64,000 nt of DNA from Octopus vulgaris (lineage: Eukaryota). This document shows, one piece after another, positions 1-13,100 of this stretch (positions are counted from its first letter, which is position 1; each line of letters begins with the position of its first letter). The notes under the pieces are model-generated. The model was given only the letters and a program-made list of their open reading frames with translations, did no database searches and was not told where the DNA came from. The position numbers and the translations under genes are program-made. The DNA lies in NCBI GenBank assembly GCA_951406725.2, contig OX597821.1, positions 99,138,001 to 99,202,000 on the forward strand, read 5' to 3'.

Positions 1-345
1 TGCTCACTTATTTTCATCCAAATACGATCTGCTGTCTTTAATTCATTTTTCTCCAAAAGTTTCTGATGTGTCTCTCTTGAGTTGGCCTACCTAATGCATA
101 GTAATGAACGTATATTACTTCTTTATACTCTTCCCGGGTCCATTTGAACTTCTTAATTTTTTTTTTTTTTGTGCTGGCTGCGGTGGTAAACTTTGAGGGC
201 TCGAGTTGGAGCAGTTCCCATTCAAGTGACCATCCAAGTTCGTACTCGGTAAAGAGTTTGTGCCAGTGGATAACTTTTCGACCCCAGGTTGGCTCTCCTC
301 TGAGGGAAACACAGATTGAACCAGGACAAGCGATTTGGTGTACTG
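1..345 (-). mobile_element. 5' part of an R4/Dong-like non-LTR retrotransposon
   Basis: Minus frame KFKWTREEYKEVI..HYYA...FWRK resembles the N-terminus of R4/Dong ORFs; abuts a (TTA)n tract. Confidence 0.45.
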
Positions 346-394
346 TTTCTTATTATTATTACTATTGTTATAATTATTACTATTACTATGAATA

Positions 395-578
395 CGCCGG
401 GTGAAATGCTTAGCGATATTTCACCCGTTTCTACATTCTGAGTTCAAATTCCGCCGAGGTCGACTTGCCTTTCATCCTTTTGCGGTCAATAAAATCAGTA
501 CCTGCTGAGTACTGATGTCGATGTAATCGACTTGCCTCTCCCACCAAAATTTCAGAGCTTGTTCCTTTAGTAGAAAGG
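395..578 (+). mobile_element. tRNA-derived SINE family A (further copies about 2864-3010, 23700-23880 -, 25988-26200, 34858-35090, 45325-45545, 53395-53605 -, 54445-54552)
   Basis: Shared GAGTTCAAATTCCGCCGAGGTCGACTTTGCCTTTCATCCTTT with a B-box, repeated across the window. Confidence 0.85.
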
Positions 579-637
<59 letters not shown>

Positions 638-639
638 TA

Positions 640-2001
640 TGTTTTTCCTTCTTTCTTCAAATTTTCTTCCGTTTCTCGTCGAGTGTTTTCCGTACACCTA
701 GGGCAGAGAAGCTCATTGTATGCATTCCCAGATTACACACGCAAATTCACAGATAAAATATGTATTTAAAAATTGATAAATAAATAACTAAATTCATGGA
801 TGAATGTCGTTTTCACAGCGATAATGCTCTTCTCAGTACATGAACCGTTCCAGTTAATACGATTTTTGCACTTCCTGTAGGGATGGTAAGCCTGGAATCA
901 TTTTCAAATAGGTTTCAGTACCTTTTTTTATTATTCCTAGAGATCCTACAATCACTGGTATTGTAGTCGCCTTGAGATGCCACATTTTTTCAATTTCTAT
1001 TAGCAGGTCTTTATATTTACTAATCTTGTCAAATTCTTTCGCCGCTATATTGTGATCGCAAGGAATATTCATGTCAATTAATAAACACATCTTTTTTGTC
1101 TGATCTTTTATAATAATATCAGGTTTATTAGCTTTTATAGTCTTGTCGGTCTGTACGGGGAAGTCCCATAGAATCGACACATTTTCTCCCTCAGTCACAG
1201 CTTCAGGATGATGTTTATACCATTTGTCGGCAGTTTTGATTTTATAATGCCGACATATTGTCCAGTGTAAATACTGGCCGACTCTGTCATGTCTTGCTTT
1301 ATATTCTACAGGTTGCTAAGACTCTACACCCTGAGATTAGGTGGGTTTCAATCTCATCGTTATAGAATCGGCATTTTGGGTCAGCTCCATTTTTTATCAC
1401 ATTGGCTTGTTAGTTCCGGGTTAATAAGCTTTGGTCTTGAGCAGCTAATATGAAACCTTCACTCTCTGCTTTTAGCCCTGAGCTTCGTAACCATTGGTGC
1501 GTGTGTTTCTTGGTCGACATCAGCTTGTTTGCTACGGGCCACATACTTGCCATGGAGAGGTTTCTGTTCCCAACAGCTAGCTAAATTTTCATGTGCTTTT
1601 GTCTTTGCAATTAATTTTATTTTCTTTGCAGCTGCAGTTAGCGCATTTCCTTCAGCCTGCTCAATCTGATGGGTATCTAAGAGATCAGTAGCGAATTTTT
1701 TGCTCTCTTTGAGAATAGAGTGAAGTTTTTCGGTCTATCATGTTTTTCAACAAGTTTTAGCATCCAATCGTTGGTTGCTTCAAGGTATTTGACCAGTCCG
1801 ATTCTGGTGGTTTTGTATGTAAGTTCAAGCTGGATCAAACCTCGACCTCCCTGAGCTCTGGGAAGGTAAAGGCGATCCATGTCTGCCTTTGGATGGTGCA
1901 TCTTATTACAAGTCAGTAGCTTGCGGATTTTTCTGTCAATTTTCTTTATTTCACTGGTATTCCAGTTAAGCACATTGAAGCTATAAAGAACAACTGGTAC
2001 T
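640..2001 (-). mobile_element. 5'-truncated R4/Dong-clade non-LTR retrotransposon (RT C-terminus, CCHC, RLE endonuclease)
   Basis: IDRKIRKLLT..MHHPKAD..RLYLPR..GGRGL; LWDFPVQTDKTIKANKPDII; KISKYKDL; IPVIVGSLG. Frameshifted; both ends lie in (TTA)n. Confidence 0.85.
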
Positions 2002-2109
2002 GATTATTATTATTATTATTATTATTGCTATTATTATTATTACTATTGTTATTATTATCATCATCATCATTATTATTAGTGTTGTTGTTGTTGTTGTTGT
2101 TGTTGTTTT

Positions 2110-2300
2110 CATATACCCTCAACAATTTAGACTGTTGGAAAAGAAAAGAATCTTAACATTGGGTTACAACAATTGGCCTTAGATGCCAAGAACACTCCTA
2201 TTGGGTTACAACAAGTAACTTTAGATGCCAAGAACCCTCCTAAGTATCCTAGCTGTGCCTAATAACATTGTTTATTGGAGCTGTACTAAACTGGGTTTAT
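2110..2300 (-). mobile_element. 3' end of a second R4/Dong-like family
   Basis: Minus frame LQ.TMLLGTARILRRVLGI*, internal ~43-bp tandem duplication, ends in a microsatellite. Confidence 0.55.
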
Positions 2301-2352
2301 GCCTATTTCCTCTATCCATGCCGCGACTCTTGGCAGTGGATGTGAGGTTCTG

Positions 2353-2831
2353 CCCAGTATATCCATTATGACTATCTGTCTGATAAGAGTACACCAGGCA
2401 CATACATCACAACCATATGTGCACGACATGGGGATCTCATATCAAGATAAACAGTGCATGACCTTGCAGGTGGGGCTCTTCTTCAGGTCAAGTAGCCTAT
2501 ACCGCTCAAAAGGTCCCTGAATAAGGGTTGTTTAAAGATGTTGAACGAAACACCTATGTGAATTATTAAAACCCCAAAGAATTCTTCTCAACACATGGCT
2601 ATGATGCTCTCCACACTATTTCTGCTCATTACCAGAGATGCACATATTGTCGCCACTAAAGAACATGCTCAACTGTTTAAGGTCAAACAACTGACAAACA
2701 AATCTGTAGTATTGAACAGAATATTTGCTGTAGACCATATTTTATACCAAGACAAAACAATGTACATGATGGCGCTGCCAATCAGTTAAGATCAGAAGCC
2801 ATGAGAGCCAGTGCCTGGTACTGCATCAGGG

Positions 2832-2833
<2 letters not shown>
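2353..2833 (-). mobile_element. Non-coding ~540-bp interspersed repeat associated with (TAA)n (copy 1)
   Basis: Reverse complement of the copies at 23908-25029; ends GCCTGGTACTGCATCAGGGCA followed by (TTA)n. Confidence 0.8.
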
Positions 2834-2864
<31 letters not shown>

Positions 2865-3079
2865 GGCAGCGACCGGGCAGAATCGTTAGCCCACCGGGCG
2901 AAATGCTTAGCAGTATATTCTGATTTCCACTGTGGTCGACTTTGCCTTTCATCCTTTAGGGTTCGATGAAATAAGTACCAGTCAAGTGCTGGGGTCGATC
3001 TAATCAACTAGTTCCAAGTACTTAGACGGCATGCCGCGACTCTCAGCTGTGGATGTGAGGTTCTGCGATAACGGCTACT

Positions 3080-3755
3080 GAAATATGAGAGGTGATGAGC
3101 AATTGCAGAAGTCGCTATTCACCAGATTTAGATAGTCTGCCCTATGAATACTATGTACTCATGCCAGATTTGTTTGGCAGACGTTTATCGCAACTGGCAG
3201 CAGAATGGGAGAACTCCGAGTGATGTTAGTCGGGTGTGGTGACACTACTGAAGAAGAACACTGACAGTGGGGACGTACTAGGGAAATTTCGGCTCATAAC
3301 TACTAAACACAGAATTTAAGATTTTGGCCAAGGTGTCAGCAAAGAGGTTGTCTAGTGGGGAAAGCACAGACGTATGCAATCCTAAACATGTCTATCCACG
3401 AAAACCTTCACCTTATGCAATACATCATAGAGAGGGCTGGCTTCAGTTGGGGCCTGATCATTTTGGATCAACCGAAATCATTTGATAGGGTCGACCATCA
3501 CTTCTTGGAAGCTGTCCTTAAGGCAGTTGGTTTCGGACCAGTTTCCAGAGGCTGGATTGCCGCAATGCACAGCGGCATTTGGTCGGTAGTCAAAGTAAAT
3601 GGCCACCTATCGGAACTGTTTTGTATCGCTTGCTTAATCCATCAGGGCTGCCCGCTGTCACTTCTTCTGTATATGCTGATTCTCAAACCACTGCTGCGGA
3701 AGTTGGAACCATTGAGAGGCCTCCCTTTCGAAACTGAATTCGGAAGGGCAGTTGT
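3080..3755 (+). mobile_element. L1/Tx1-clade reverse transcriptase fragment
   Basis: N.EFKILAKV.AKRL, LDQ.KSFDRVDH, VKVNG.LSE.F, QGCPLS.LLY. Confidence 0.8.
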
Positions 3756-4449
3756 ATTTACTAATATATATAAAGGAAGTTTCTACAATTAATGTGTGTA
3801 CTGTAATGTGATTTGAATTACGGAAGCTTACCAGTTTTGCTTTGATCTCATTTGAAAATGAGTGTATAAACTGTTTTCTCCACATGGAATGTGTTGGTTT
3901 ATTTAGTTGACTAGTTATCAGCAAAAGCTGATATTTAAGGAGCAATTCTTGCAGTTGGATAGGTATGGTATATTTAAGTGAATAAATTACTCAGAGACCA
4001 CCCACATAAAAAGCAATTGCCAAATTATTGTTAACACCATCCGAGCGTGGCCGTCAGCCAGCCTCGTCTGGCACCTGTGTCGGTGGCACATAAAAAACAC
4101 CATCCGAGCGTGGCCGTCTGTCAGCCTCGTCCCAGACCCCAGTTGAACCGTCCAACCCATGCTAGCATGGAAAGCGGACGTTAAATGATGATGATGATGA
4201 TGATGAATTGAAAGCAGCATGGATTAAAAAGGCAATACAAAATTATCATGCAGTGAAGCAAGTTTAATCATTCGATGATTATATTAATTATTCCAGAAAA
4301 AAGGGAGACAATTATAAATGCTTCAATCTTTTAAAACCTTTACAGTGCAGTAGCCTTCATTGAACTACCAAAATAGTGATGAAATTCACAACATAGACAT
4401 GCTTTAGTCTTATTAGAACTCATAATTGAAGTACAGATTGATGAAGTCT

Positions 4450-5400
4450 AATGAGATTGGCACATGTTAATCACTGCCTTCCATATTTGCCAGAATAATA
4501 AAAATAATATTAGTTATTCACTAATAGTCATTTCCTAAACTCTTAAATTCCTGTAGTGTTTTCTCTATATAAATCTCCTAATCCTGTTTGAAACTAGATT
4601 TTGATGAAATGCAACTAATCTAGAGATGAATTTGTATTCCAGTAGTCCTGTAACTTGGAAGCTGCATAAACTAGGATCAGAAAAAGTATTCTGAGATATA
4701 TCTTTGCCTTCTCCATTGCAACGAATATGGTGTTATCCTGTTGACATGCATCCTTTGTGGTCTCATAATTCAAACTGATAAAAATTTCTTCAGCAAAAAA
4801 GAAAATACTCAACAAGATTTGCTTTTGAGTTCAAATATTCTGAAGGATTCATCAATGCAATGATCAGTCTTACTCTTGCTCGAATAAATCTTGATATAAA
4901 TTCCAGACACATCACTTATATGTAACAGACAATACTGAAAGATCATTCTGATTATTTTTTTCAAGTCCAAATTATTTTCCATAAATAAATCATTAATAAA
5001 TAATGACAATATTAAATAACATCACCAAATTCTATCTCATCACTTAAAAACTGAGCAAAGCAAATCTGAAGATATTCCCGTGTAAGTCTTTTGACAGGAA
5101 GTTTTTTTCTCAAATGAGGTTGAGCTTTGTTTCTCATACAGAAGAGTGGTCAGTTCCTGTTCCATGGGCCCAAAATAATTTCTTGAAATACAGTTACATA
5201 TTGTTCAAAACTTGATGACATCTGTAGTTACTTCAATAAGCTAACACTAAAGGCCAGGGTTGTTTATAATGCAAAGAGTTTAGATGATACATTGTGTCAC
5301 CTTGTGTGCTTATATGCATGTACCTTAAGATACTGTGGGCAACTAAACCAATTCTTCTGATGCTATGTGAAAGTGAGTTTATACAGTTTAGTTAGGGTGA
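4450..5400 (-). mobile_element. Possible highly decayed tyrosine-recombinase (DIRS/Ngaro/Crypton-like) coding relic
   Basis: Broken frames give LPVKRLT..YL, LLHISDV....I.IY.SKSKTD...F.I....S.SC and GLLEYKF.S, in an order resembling YR domains. Confidence 0.3.
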
Positions 5401-5914
5401 GAGGCTGGAATTGGTATGTAATGTATGGAAAGTTGGACGTATATTGATGTTCAAGGACTTAGTCCACTTGGTAAAGTGGTTGGTGTTAGGAAGGGCATCC
5501 AACAATAAAAACCCTGCCAAAAGACAGTGAAGCCTGGTGCAGTCTTCTACCTAGCCAGTACCTGTCAAACCATCCCACCCATGCCAGCATGGAAAACAGA
5601 CATTAAATAATGATGATGATGATGATGATAGTTCTTATTCTAAATACTCGCGATTTTAATGACTTCAATATGTTAAATAAAGTCTACCTATGAATATGTA
5701 TATAGTTCTTAATAATTTATGCATTTAGTTTTATTTTGTGACTCAATATGTCTTGTTTTATGAGTGTGAAATTTGTTATTTGATAGGTTTTATTTACTAG
5801 TGGTTATTTTATTTATTATATAAGATCAATAAAAGAGTGGTATAACACAGTAATGTAAGGATGCTGGAAAATTTTGGCATAACATTAAATTATTTCTTGT
5901 GGAGCCAAAATTCT

Positions 5915-7245
5915 TACTTCTGCCTTAGCAAAGGCAGAGGTATTGTTTTCAGTTGTGTTTGTTTGGTTGTTTGTCCATGGACAAGATATTTCAAGAAGCA
6001 CTGGATGGATTCAAATGAAACTTTCAGGGATGTCTGGCCTCGTGACTGGCAGAAACCGATTAGATTTTGAGATTGATCCGGTACCGGACAAGGATTCTGG
6101 ATTATTTGTTATATTTATTTCACATGATTACAATCTTAAGCTGACTTTCAAGTCTTTCTCAATTATTTAAGCTGTTTCCAAAGTTTTATTTTTGTTTCTC
6201 TATTATTAATTTTACTCGCGTCGCTATCTTAGTAGAAACTGGTGGATAAAGAAATCAAACTACATAAACAAGCGGCAGCAAAACCGTTCAGCAATTAATA
6301 ACACTAACATATTTTTATAATATATATATATTATATATAGGCGCAGGAGTGGCTGTATGGTAAGTAGCTTGTTTACCAACCACATGGTTCCGGGTTCAGT
6401 CCCACTGCATAGCACCTTGGGCAAGTGTCTTCTACTATAGCCTCGGACCAACCAAAGACTTGTGAGTGGATTTGGTAGAAGAAACTGAAAGAAGACCGTC
6501 GTATATATGTATATATATATATATGTGTGTGTGTGTGTTTGTGTGTCTGTGTTTGTCCCCCTAGCATTGCTTGACAACCAATGCTGGTGTGTTTATGTCC
6601 CCATTACTTAGAGGTTCGGCAAAAGAGACCGATAGAATAAGTCCCGGGGTTGAGTTGCTCGATTAAAGGCTGTGCTCCAGCATGGCCGCAGTCAAATGAC
6701 TGAAACAAGTAAAAGAGTAAAGAGTAAAGAGTATACATTACATATTAACACTTTACAGTACACTCACATATATACATGCATCTATACATTGATCTAAAAC
6801 AACAGGAATACTAAAGGAAGGCCAAAATTTAAGAGAAGAGAAAACCAAAAGGTCTCATGCTATTTGTTTAAAAATTCCTGAGTAGAACTTATTATTATTA
6901 CCTCCGCCTTTGAAACTATTTTGAATGGTAAATTTGTTAACTTTGGCTTGTATTAGATAACGATAAACTATTTATTACTGTTACTAATTTTTCTACAGCC
7001 ACTTTCACATTCCATGACTACCATTAGGATCGATCAGGTACCGAACAAGGATTCTGGATTATTCTTCCATTTTTTTTTTCTTTTTACTTAATTTTTGAGA
7101 GCAGTCAGGCTCGTTTTTAGTATTCCTGTTTGTGAGAGCAGTTGAGTTTATTTCAGATATTCTCATTAAAAAATCATCTCTGGCTAATCGTTGAGAGGAC
7201 ATTGGTGTTGCTTTGGTGGAGGTTTGCACTCTCTGAGTGCTTGTT
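5915..7245 (+). mobile_element. Non-autonomous Helentron/DINE-1-type element, split by later insertions (5915-6115 and 7028-7245)
   Basis: 5' TTAC(T/C)TC(T/C)GCC...GGCAGAGGT hairpin followed by a GTTT microsatellite; 3' GGTGGAGGTTTGCACTCT..GAGTGC hairpin. Confidence 0.55.
6339..6732 (+). mobile_element. tRNA-derived SINE family B with internal (TA/TG)n and (GAGTAAA) tail (further copies about 26689-27065, 27330-27545, 31983-32360 -, 37653-37916, 58551-58784)
   Basis: GTGGCTGTGTGGTAAG A-box, GGTTCAGTCCC B-box, CACCTTGGGCAAG, tail TGACTGAAACAAGTAAAAGAG. Confidence 0.85.
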
Positions 7246-7322
7246 TTAATGTAATGTGAGAGATTGTGTTTGCATTGTCAGTATAGAATCGTCTGTTGAT
7301 CCAAGATATTGAGTTTATATAG

Positions 7323-7703
7323 GAGCACTCCGTCGGTTGCGACGATAAGGGTCCCAGCTGATATGATCAACAGAACAGCTTGCTCGTGATATTAACGTGC
7401 AAGTGGCTGAGCACTCCACAGACACGTGTACCCTTAACGTAGTTCTCGAGGAGATTCAGCATGACATAGAGTGTGACAAGGCTGGCCCTTTGAAATACAG
7501 ATACAAGTGAAACAGGAAGAGAGAGCGAGAGAAAGTTGTGGTGAAAGAGTACAGCAGGGTTCACCACCACCCCCCACCAGAGCCTCGTGAAGCTTTAGGT
7601 GTTTTCGCTCAATAAACACTCACAATGCCCGGTCTGGGAATCGAAACCGCGATCCTCTGACCGCGAGTCCGCTGCCCTAACCACTGGGCCATTGCGCCTC
7701 CAC
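7323..7703 (-). mobile_element. Full-length tRNA-derived SINE with target-site duplication
   Basis: Minus-strand head GGCGCAATGGCCCAGTGGTTAGGG...GGTTTCGATTCCC; 15-bp TSD ATTGAGT(T/A)TATATAG at 7308-7322 and 7704-7718. Confidence 0.88.
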
Positions 7704-7882
7704 ATTGAGTATATATAGACTGAAAAGAATAGTAGATAAAAAAGATCTTTGAGATGCCATTTAGGAACTGTTGAATCTAGGATGTTTTGTTGCTAAATGG
7801 CTCCCTTAACAACCAGACAGATAAATAGAATAAATGAGTGGTACACAGAAATTAAGTAAACACAATAGTTTAACAACAATAT

Positions 7883-7888
7883 TTTATT
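7883..7888 (-). promoter_or_regulatory. Candidate MPC1 polyadenylation signal AATAAA
   Basis: TTTATT on the plus strand, 107-112 nt after the stop codon. Confidence 0.5.
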
Positions 7889-7994
7889 ATTAGATACAGC
7901 AAAACAAATATAAAATCATAATTAGAATATAACAGAAAACAAATTTTCGCTATAAATTATAATTTCAAAATTAAGTTCATAATTACAAAAACTA

Positions 7995-8046
7995 TCAGTC
8001 AGTATTAATCACTTCTTTCTTCTTAGATGACTGGTCTGAAAAGTAG
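7995..8046 (-). CDS. MPC1: MPC1 terminal coding exon (52 nt, [17 protein letters not shown])
   Basis: tttttacag acceptor with matching phase, TGA TAG double stop, AATAAA about 110 nt downstream. Confidence 0.8.
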
Positions 8047-10098
8047 CTGTAAAAATAATAAAAAAATCAAATATTAATTGAAAATATCCCTGCATTTGTT
8101 CTTTTCATTAAAATTAGGAATTTTGTTGTTCATGTCAGCAAAAGTTAGTAATCTGTTTAATTTTTGATAGTTTATACAATTTAAATATAAATTCTCTTTC
8201 CACTAGATGTCTATATTATAAGACTTGTAATTTTTTGACGTGTGTGTGTTTATAGGTCTCTCTTAAAACTGAACCTCTGTCTAAATTAGGGATTTGTTTT
8301 TAGCCAACAATACCATATTTGGTATTATAACATAGCCTGCTTCAATGTGTTTCAATGAAAAGTCCATAAGTTGGTAATAAGATATCATATGCACTGAGCA
8401 ACATCACTTCTAATTTGCTTCAATAATCGAAAAATTCAGTTTACAATCAAACATTTTTTTATTTGATTCAACTGGACAATTGCAACATAATGTTCTCAGA
8501 GTGCCTCATTTACTTTAATGATGAAGTATCAAAATCATATAGAATTGAGTTTAGGTGTAAAATAGGACTTGACATATATGATCAAACCAAATCTTAAATG
8601 ATACTGAGTGCAAACTTTATTAGCAACTATGTGTTACAACAGGACACATATCTTTGCTTTGCAAATGCTGCTTAGTGGATAATAGATTTCACACATATTT
8701 CAAGATTGAGTATTTACTGCTAAAAATAATTCAGTTGTAATGCTTTATCCAACAATTTGCAAATTTAAATATTTAAAAATGCCTTCTCAACCAAACTAGC
8801 ATAGAAAATGGATACTGAACAGAAAAAGAAAGTTTATAAATTCAGTTAAATAAACTAAATTAACCCTTTCGTTACTGTATTTATTTGAGATGCTCTGTGT
8901 TTCTTCGAATTACTTTAAATATAACAAAGAATTAAGTAAAATAACATCGTTATCATTAAGCTAGTGTTAGGGACATAAATTGTGACTAAGGTTTGGTGGA
9001 AGATTTTAATTCAGAACTTTTGAAAACCAGACATTTGTACTAAAGAGCCAGAGCCGGTTTCAGCCGGGTTGGTAACGGAAGGGTTAAAGAAAAAAAACTT
9101 ACAAATGATTGACAAATCTTGTTCCCTGGGTCAGCTGTGCAGAAACATTGGTAAAATGACAAGCAAAGAGAAGAAGATTTCTGGGTTGAACTTTCCAGGC
9201 AAATCTCATAAAAAGTAATGAATAAATTGTAAGAGCTGAAAATAAAAAGTTGTATTTAAATACACAAATGAATATTTCAGTGTATATGTTGTTGAAAGAT
9301 CTTACCTAGTGTTATTTGGATAAAATAATTTTAGTGGTGGTTGTTATTGCTATTTTTCTTGTTGGCAGTAATCCTGAAAGTGATATAATGACTTTTTTTT
9401 CATTTTTCTAACATTCTGATCGTTAATGTCAAGTGTCTTTCAGCAATCAAGAAAGTTTAACCTTTGTTGCTAAGGTGTGCCTTAATTTTTACATTATATT
9501 TTGATAATAATATAGCTTTCATGACCAATTTACTAGTCTTATAAGCATTCTATGTAAGAGAATTGTGTGATCTCAACAAAAGTGTTTTTATTTATCTAAT
9601 TGTTTTATGTAGGGTCTTGTGTCAAAACAGCTTCTTGCTGTAAGCACACAATCAGCTAAAAGAAAATGTGGCACTTAGAACCATACAGTTTTGCAACTTC
9701 CTTGAACTTGTAAACCACATTCATCATTAGATGGTTACTCACAGCTTGTAGCTTCCTGAGAAACTTAACCTGCATATTTTTTAAATATATTATTAATGCT
9801 AATTGATTAGATGTAATGTATTGTTTGATGAGCTTCTGGTTTGATGAGCCTAACTGCATTTGACTCATATAGTATACTTAATGGATGATTTGTTTCTTTT
9901 TACTGGTTGTTGCCATCATCATCATCATCGTTTAACATCCACCTTCCTTGTTGGCATGGGTGGGTGTCACTAATTTAGAAGTATGTTTATTGACTTATTT
10001 CATTAATTTTTCCACTATTTTGATTTTTTGAGGAAAATCTAAAGAATTATGCAGAGTATACATTTTTTAACTGTCATTTTTCACTTGTGTGACATTTA

Positions 10099-10134
<36 letters not shown>

Positions 10135-13100
10135 TCATCATTGTTCGACCGTGGTCGAGACAATGGAATTTACCATGCTACGCCAGACTTCACGGTCCAT
10201 CATGGCATTACGGAGGTCCTGTTGCTGGATGCCTGTATCCCTGGAGATTAAATCAGGGTAGGAGAGTGTGCGCCCTCTGGTATTGCGAGTAGATGGCTTC
10301 CAGAGAAGAGTAGAAATTACTTTTTCAGCTCTACAATAATGTCCAGCAAGCTGGACTCTCCTACCTTTCACAAGAGATGACACAGGTGGTAATTTCCCAT
10401 ATATTTGCATTTTGGTTGGATGGCGCTTCCACGAGAGATTTTGAGCTCTCATAAGGAGGTGAGTGTAGGTTCCATCCAACCGCCTCTCAAGCTTCTTTGA
10501 TAGCGTCCAGGTTTCTGAGCCATGTAGTAGAATTGGTTCGACTGTGGCTTTGAAGATTTCAAGTTTGAAGTCTCTACTTAGATTTGATGACCAGATCTTA
10601 TGCATATATATATATACCATAATGAAGATGCATTATCAAACTGGACTTGTCATAGGAAATGAACAATGCATTTAGATTACTGTGGCAATAACTGGACACT
10701 TTAGTTAGCTGGGTTCAATTTCTACAGAGGGCCTAAAGAGATATTTGCCTGGATTTATTTAATCTCTAATTTTCTTTCCTATTAGATTGTTTTCTGCCAT
10801 TACTGGACCAGTCCAGGACTAACTTAATAGCACCACTTAGAGAGGTTTTATAAGTCATATTTTAGGACACCATGGAGCACTCAGCAAAGAGTTGTTGTAG
10901 GCTGAGACAAATCCAGGCGTTGATAGTTTCTCCTCCTCCTAACCCCAAACTTAATGCAATGTTCCAATGATCTCATCCAATCATTTCATCCAGTGATCTC
11001 ATTAGATCCCAATTACTCTATAAAACCTACTTTCAAACGAAGGGAGAGAATTCGAGAATTCTGCATAAGGGATAGGAAATAAATACTAGCTGACATTAGA
11101 GCCCCTAAACAACAATACTTGTATGAAAAAGTGAATAACATCACATCTAGCCAACTTGAGGCTATCATAAACACCTATTGGATGAACATCAGCAAAGGCA
11201 CAGGATACATGGGACTATTAAATGTAGTTCAAATGTAGAAACAGTAAACTTCCTAAACACATAAATCAGGACCAATTTAAAAATGAGCCCTATTGATTCT
11301 AGTATTAACAGATCTTCTAAAAATTCTTTTGCCTCCAATCTAAAATTCTCAAACCACTACTTCAATGCTTCCCAGGAGATGTTGAAAGCCCCACCAAAGC
11401 CGTCAACAAACAGAGAAATCTCAACCCTTCCATACTTGGAAAGAATAACTATCTTCATAGCTTAGATGTTGTTTTCCTATGCACTTCTAACACCCCCGCC
11501 CTGTTATCAACTTACTAATCAAACACATTGGCTCTTCTCACAACCTTAACTGAGGGTCACCACTCCAGATATCCATGAACTATCATAATGAACAACACTG
11601 TCTTCCTGCTTGAGGGCTCTGTTTACAAATAAATCTTTAGATGCCAGTGGAGTCAAGATTATCAGGTCTACTAGCCATCACATACACGGACCACTTAGAA
11701 TGCAGGGTGCTTGATATTTGTCACTTCTGCACCCTTTTTTCACCAGATATATAGATGACACTTTCATCATAAGACTCTCTTGCAAAGAGACACTCAAATA
11801 TACAAAATAAATAATATTGATGACTACATAAAATTTGAAGTGAAGCACCCTCATAACACTGTTTCATTATCACTGCTTGATTTCAGATCCTAAATGTGCA
11901 TCACAATTCCTCCCTACTCATGAGAGCCAAAACAACCTACATAAGAAATCAGATCCACAAGACATGCAATAAATACAGTGGAGATAAGTTTAAAGTCTCG
12001 CTATCAAACAGACGCAGAATTTAACAACAAAATCAAATGCTTCACTGCATTAGCTTTTCTTCCAGTGCATGATGATATTGATGGTTTTCTTGAACTAACT
12101 GATGATGATCATTTGCCCCAAGTAATTTGTATCATATTTTGAAACTCACTATATAGGAGGAGAACGAGGTCAAGGCGAGCACAACAGGATGCCAATGCAG
12201 CCAACTTTTCCTATTGAATTGTGGAATGTTTTTGAAGGAACCCAGAATAATACGATGAGAACAAACAATATCATAGAAGACTTCCCCAATGCAATGCAAA
12301 GCTCCATACTAATATGCACCCAAATTTGTGGGAACTTATTACGAATTTAAAAAGGGAAGAGACATTAGCGAAAAAGAAAGAGTGCGATTTAGATCAAGGA
12401 GATGCAGTCTCAGTGAAGAAAATATGTATTGATATCAATGAAAGACTTCAGCGGAAAATGCTTCATTACAGTCCGATGCAGAAAGCACTTTATTTATGAA
12501 GCATTGCTTAGATTTGCATACATTTTAAATTACTTTTTGTCAATTTCAAGAGTTTCATATATTTTAAAATAAATTTATACTTTTTTATTTATTTTCTAAT
12601 GTTTGACTCTGAAAAAAGACATGTTAAATATATACATAACTATAGTGAGTGTATGTGTACTTGCTCATGTGCATCTGCATCTAAGTGCTAGACTTGATTC
12701 AATCACTTAGAATCCACACACACGCATGCACGCACACACACACACGTTATTTAGAGATAGCAGTCCCCATCATCACACTATATAAAAGAATTTTATTTTA
12801 ATACTTATTACTCATTTCTAAATTTCTCTGCTACACATATTTCTTGAGATTCTTTTACAGTTCCTTAAGCATGCAATGTTTTACAGGAACACTTCTTAAA
12901 ACATAACCCCAATCGGCAGGCCTCTAAATAACTTTATTATAGTTCAATACCATTATAGTTCAAATGAGTTAAGAAATTACTTTACCCACTTCTTATTGGT
13001 TGAAACAATTATATACCAAGGGGAGAAATTCATCTTTTGTCTTGTGGCAAACTTTCCTACGGCCAAAAATTCTGCGGCAAACTTTCTTAGAACCAAAATT

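Noticed and set aside
7620-7703. tRNA-like sequence with A and B boxes
   Set aside because: It is the head of a TSD-flanked SINE and has no complete cloverleaf.
9656-9868. 70-aa minus-strand ORF near MPC1 exon 5
   Set aside because: No MPC similarity; the MPC1 frame is complete without it.
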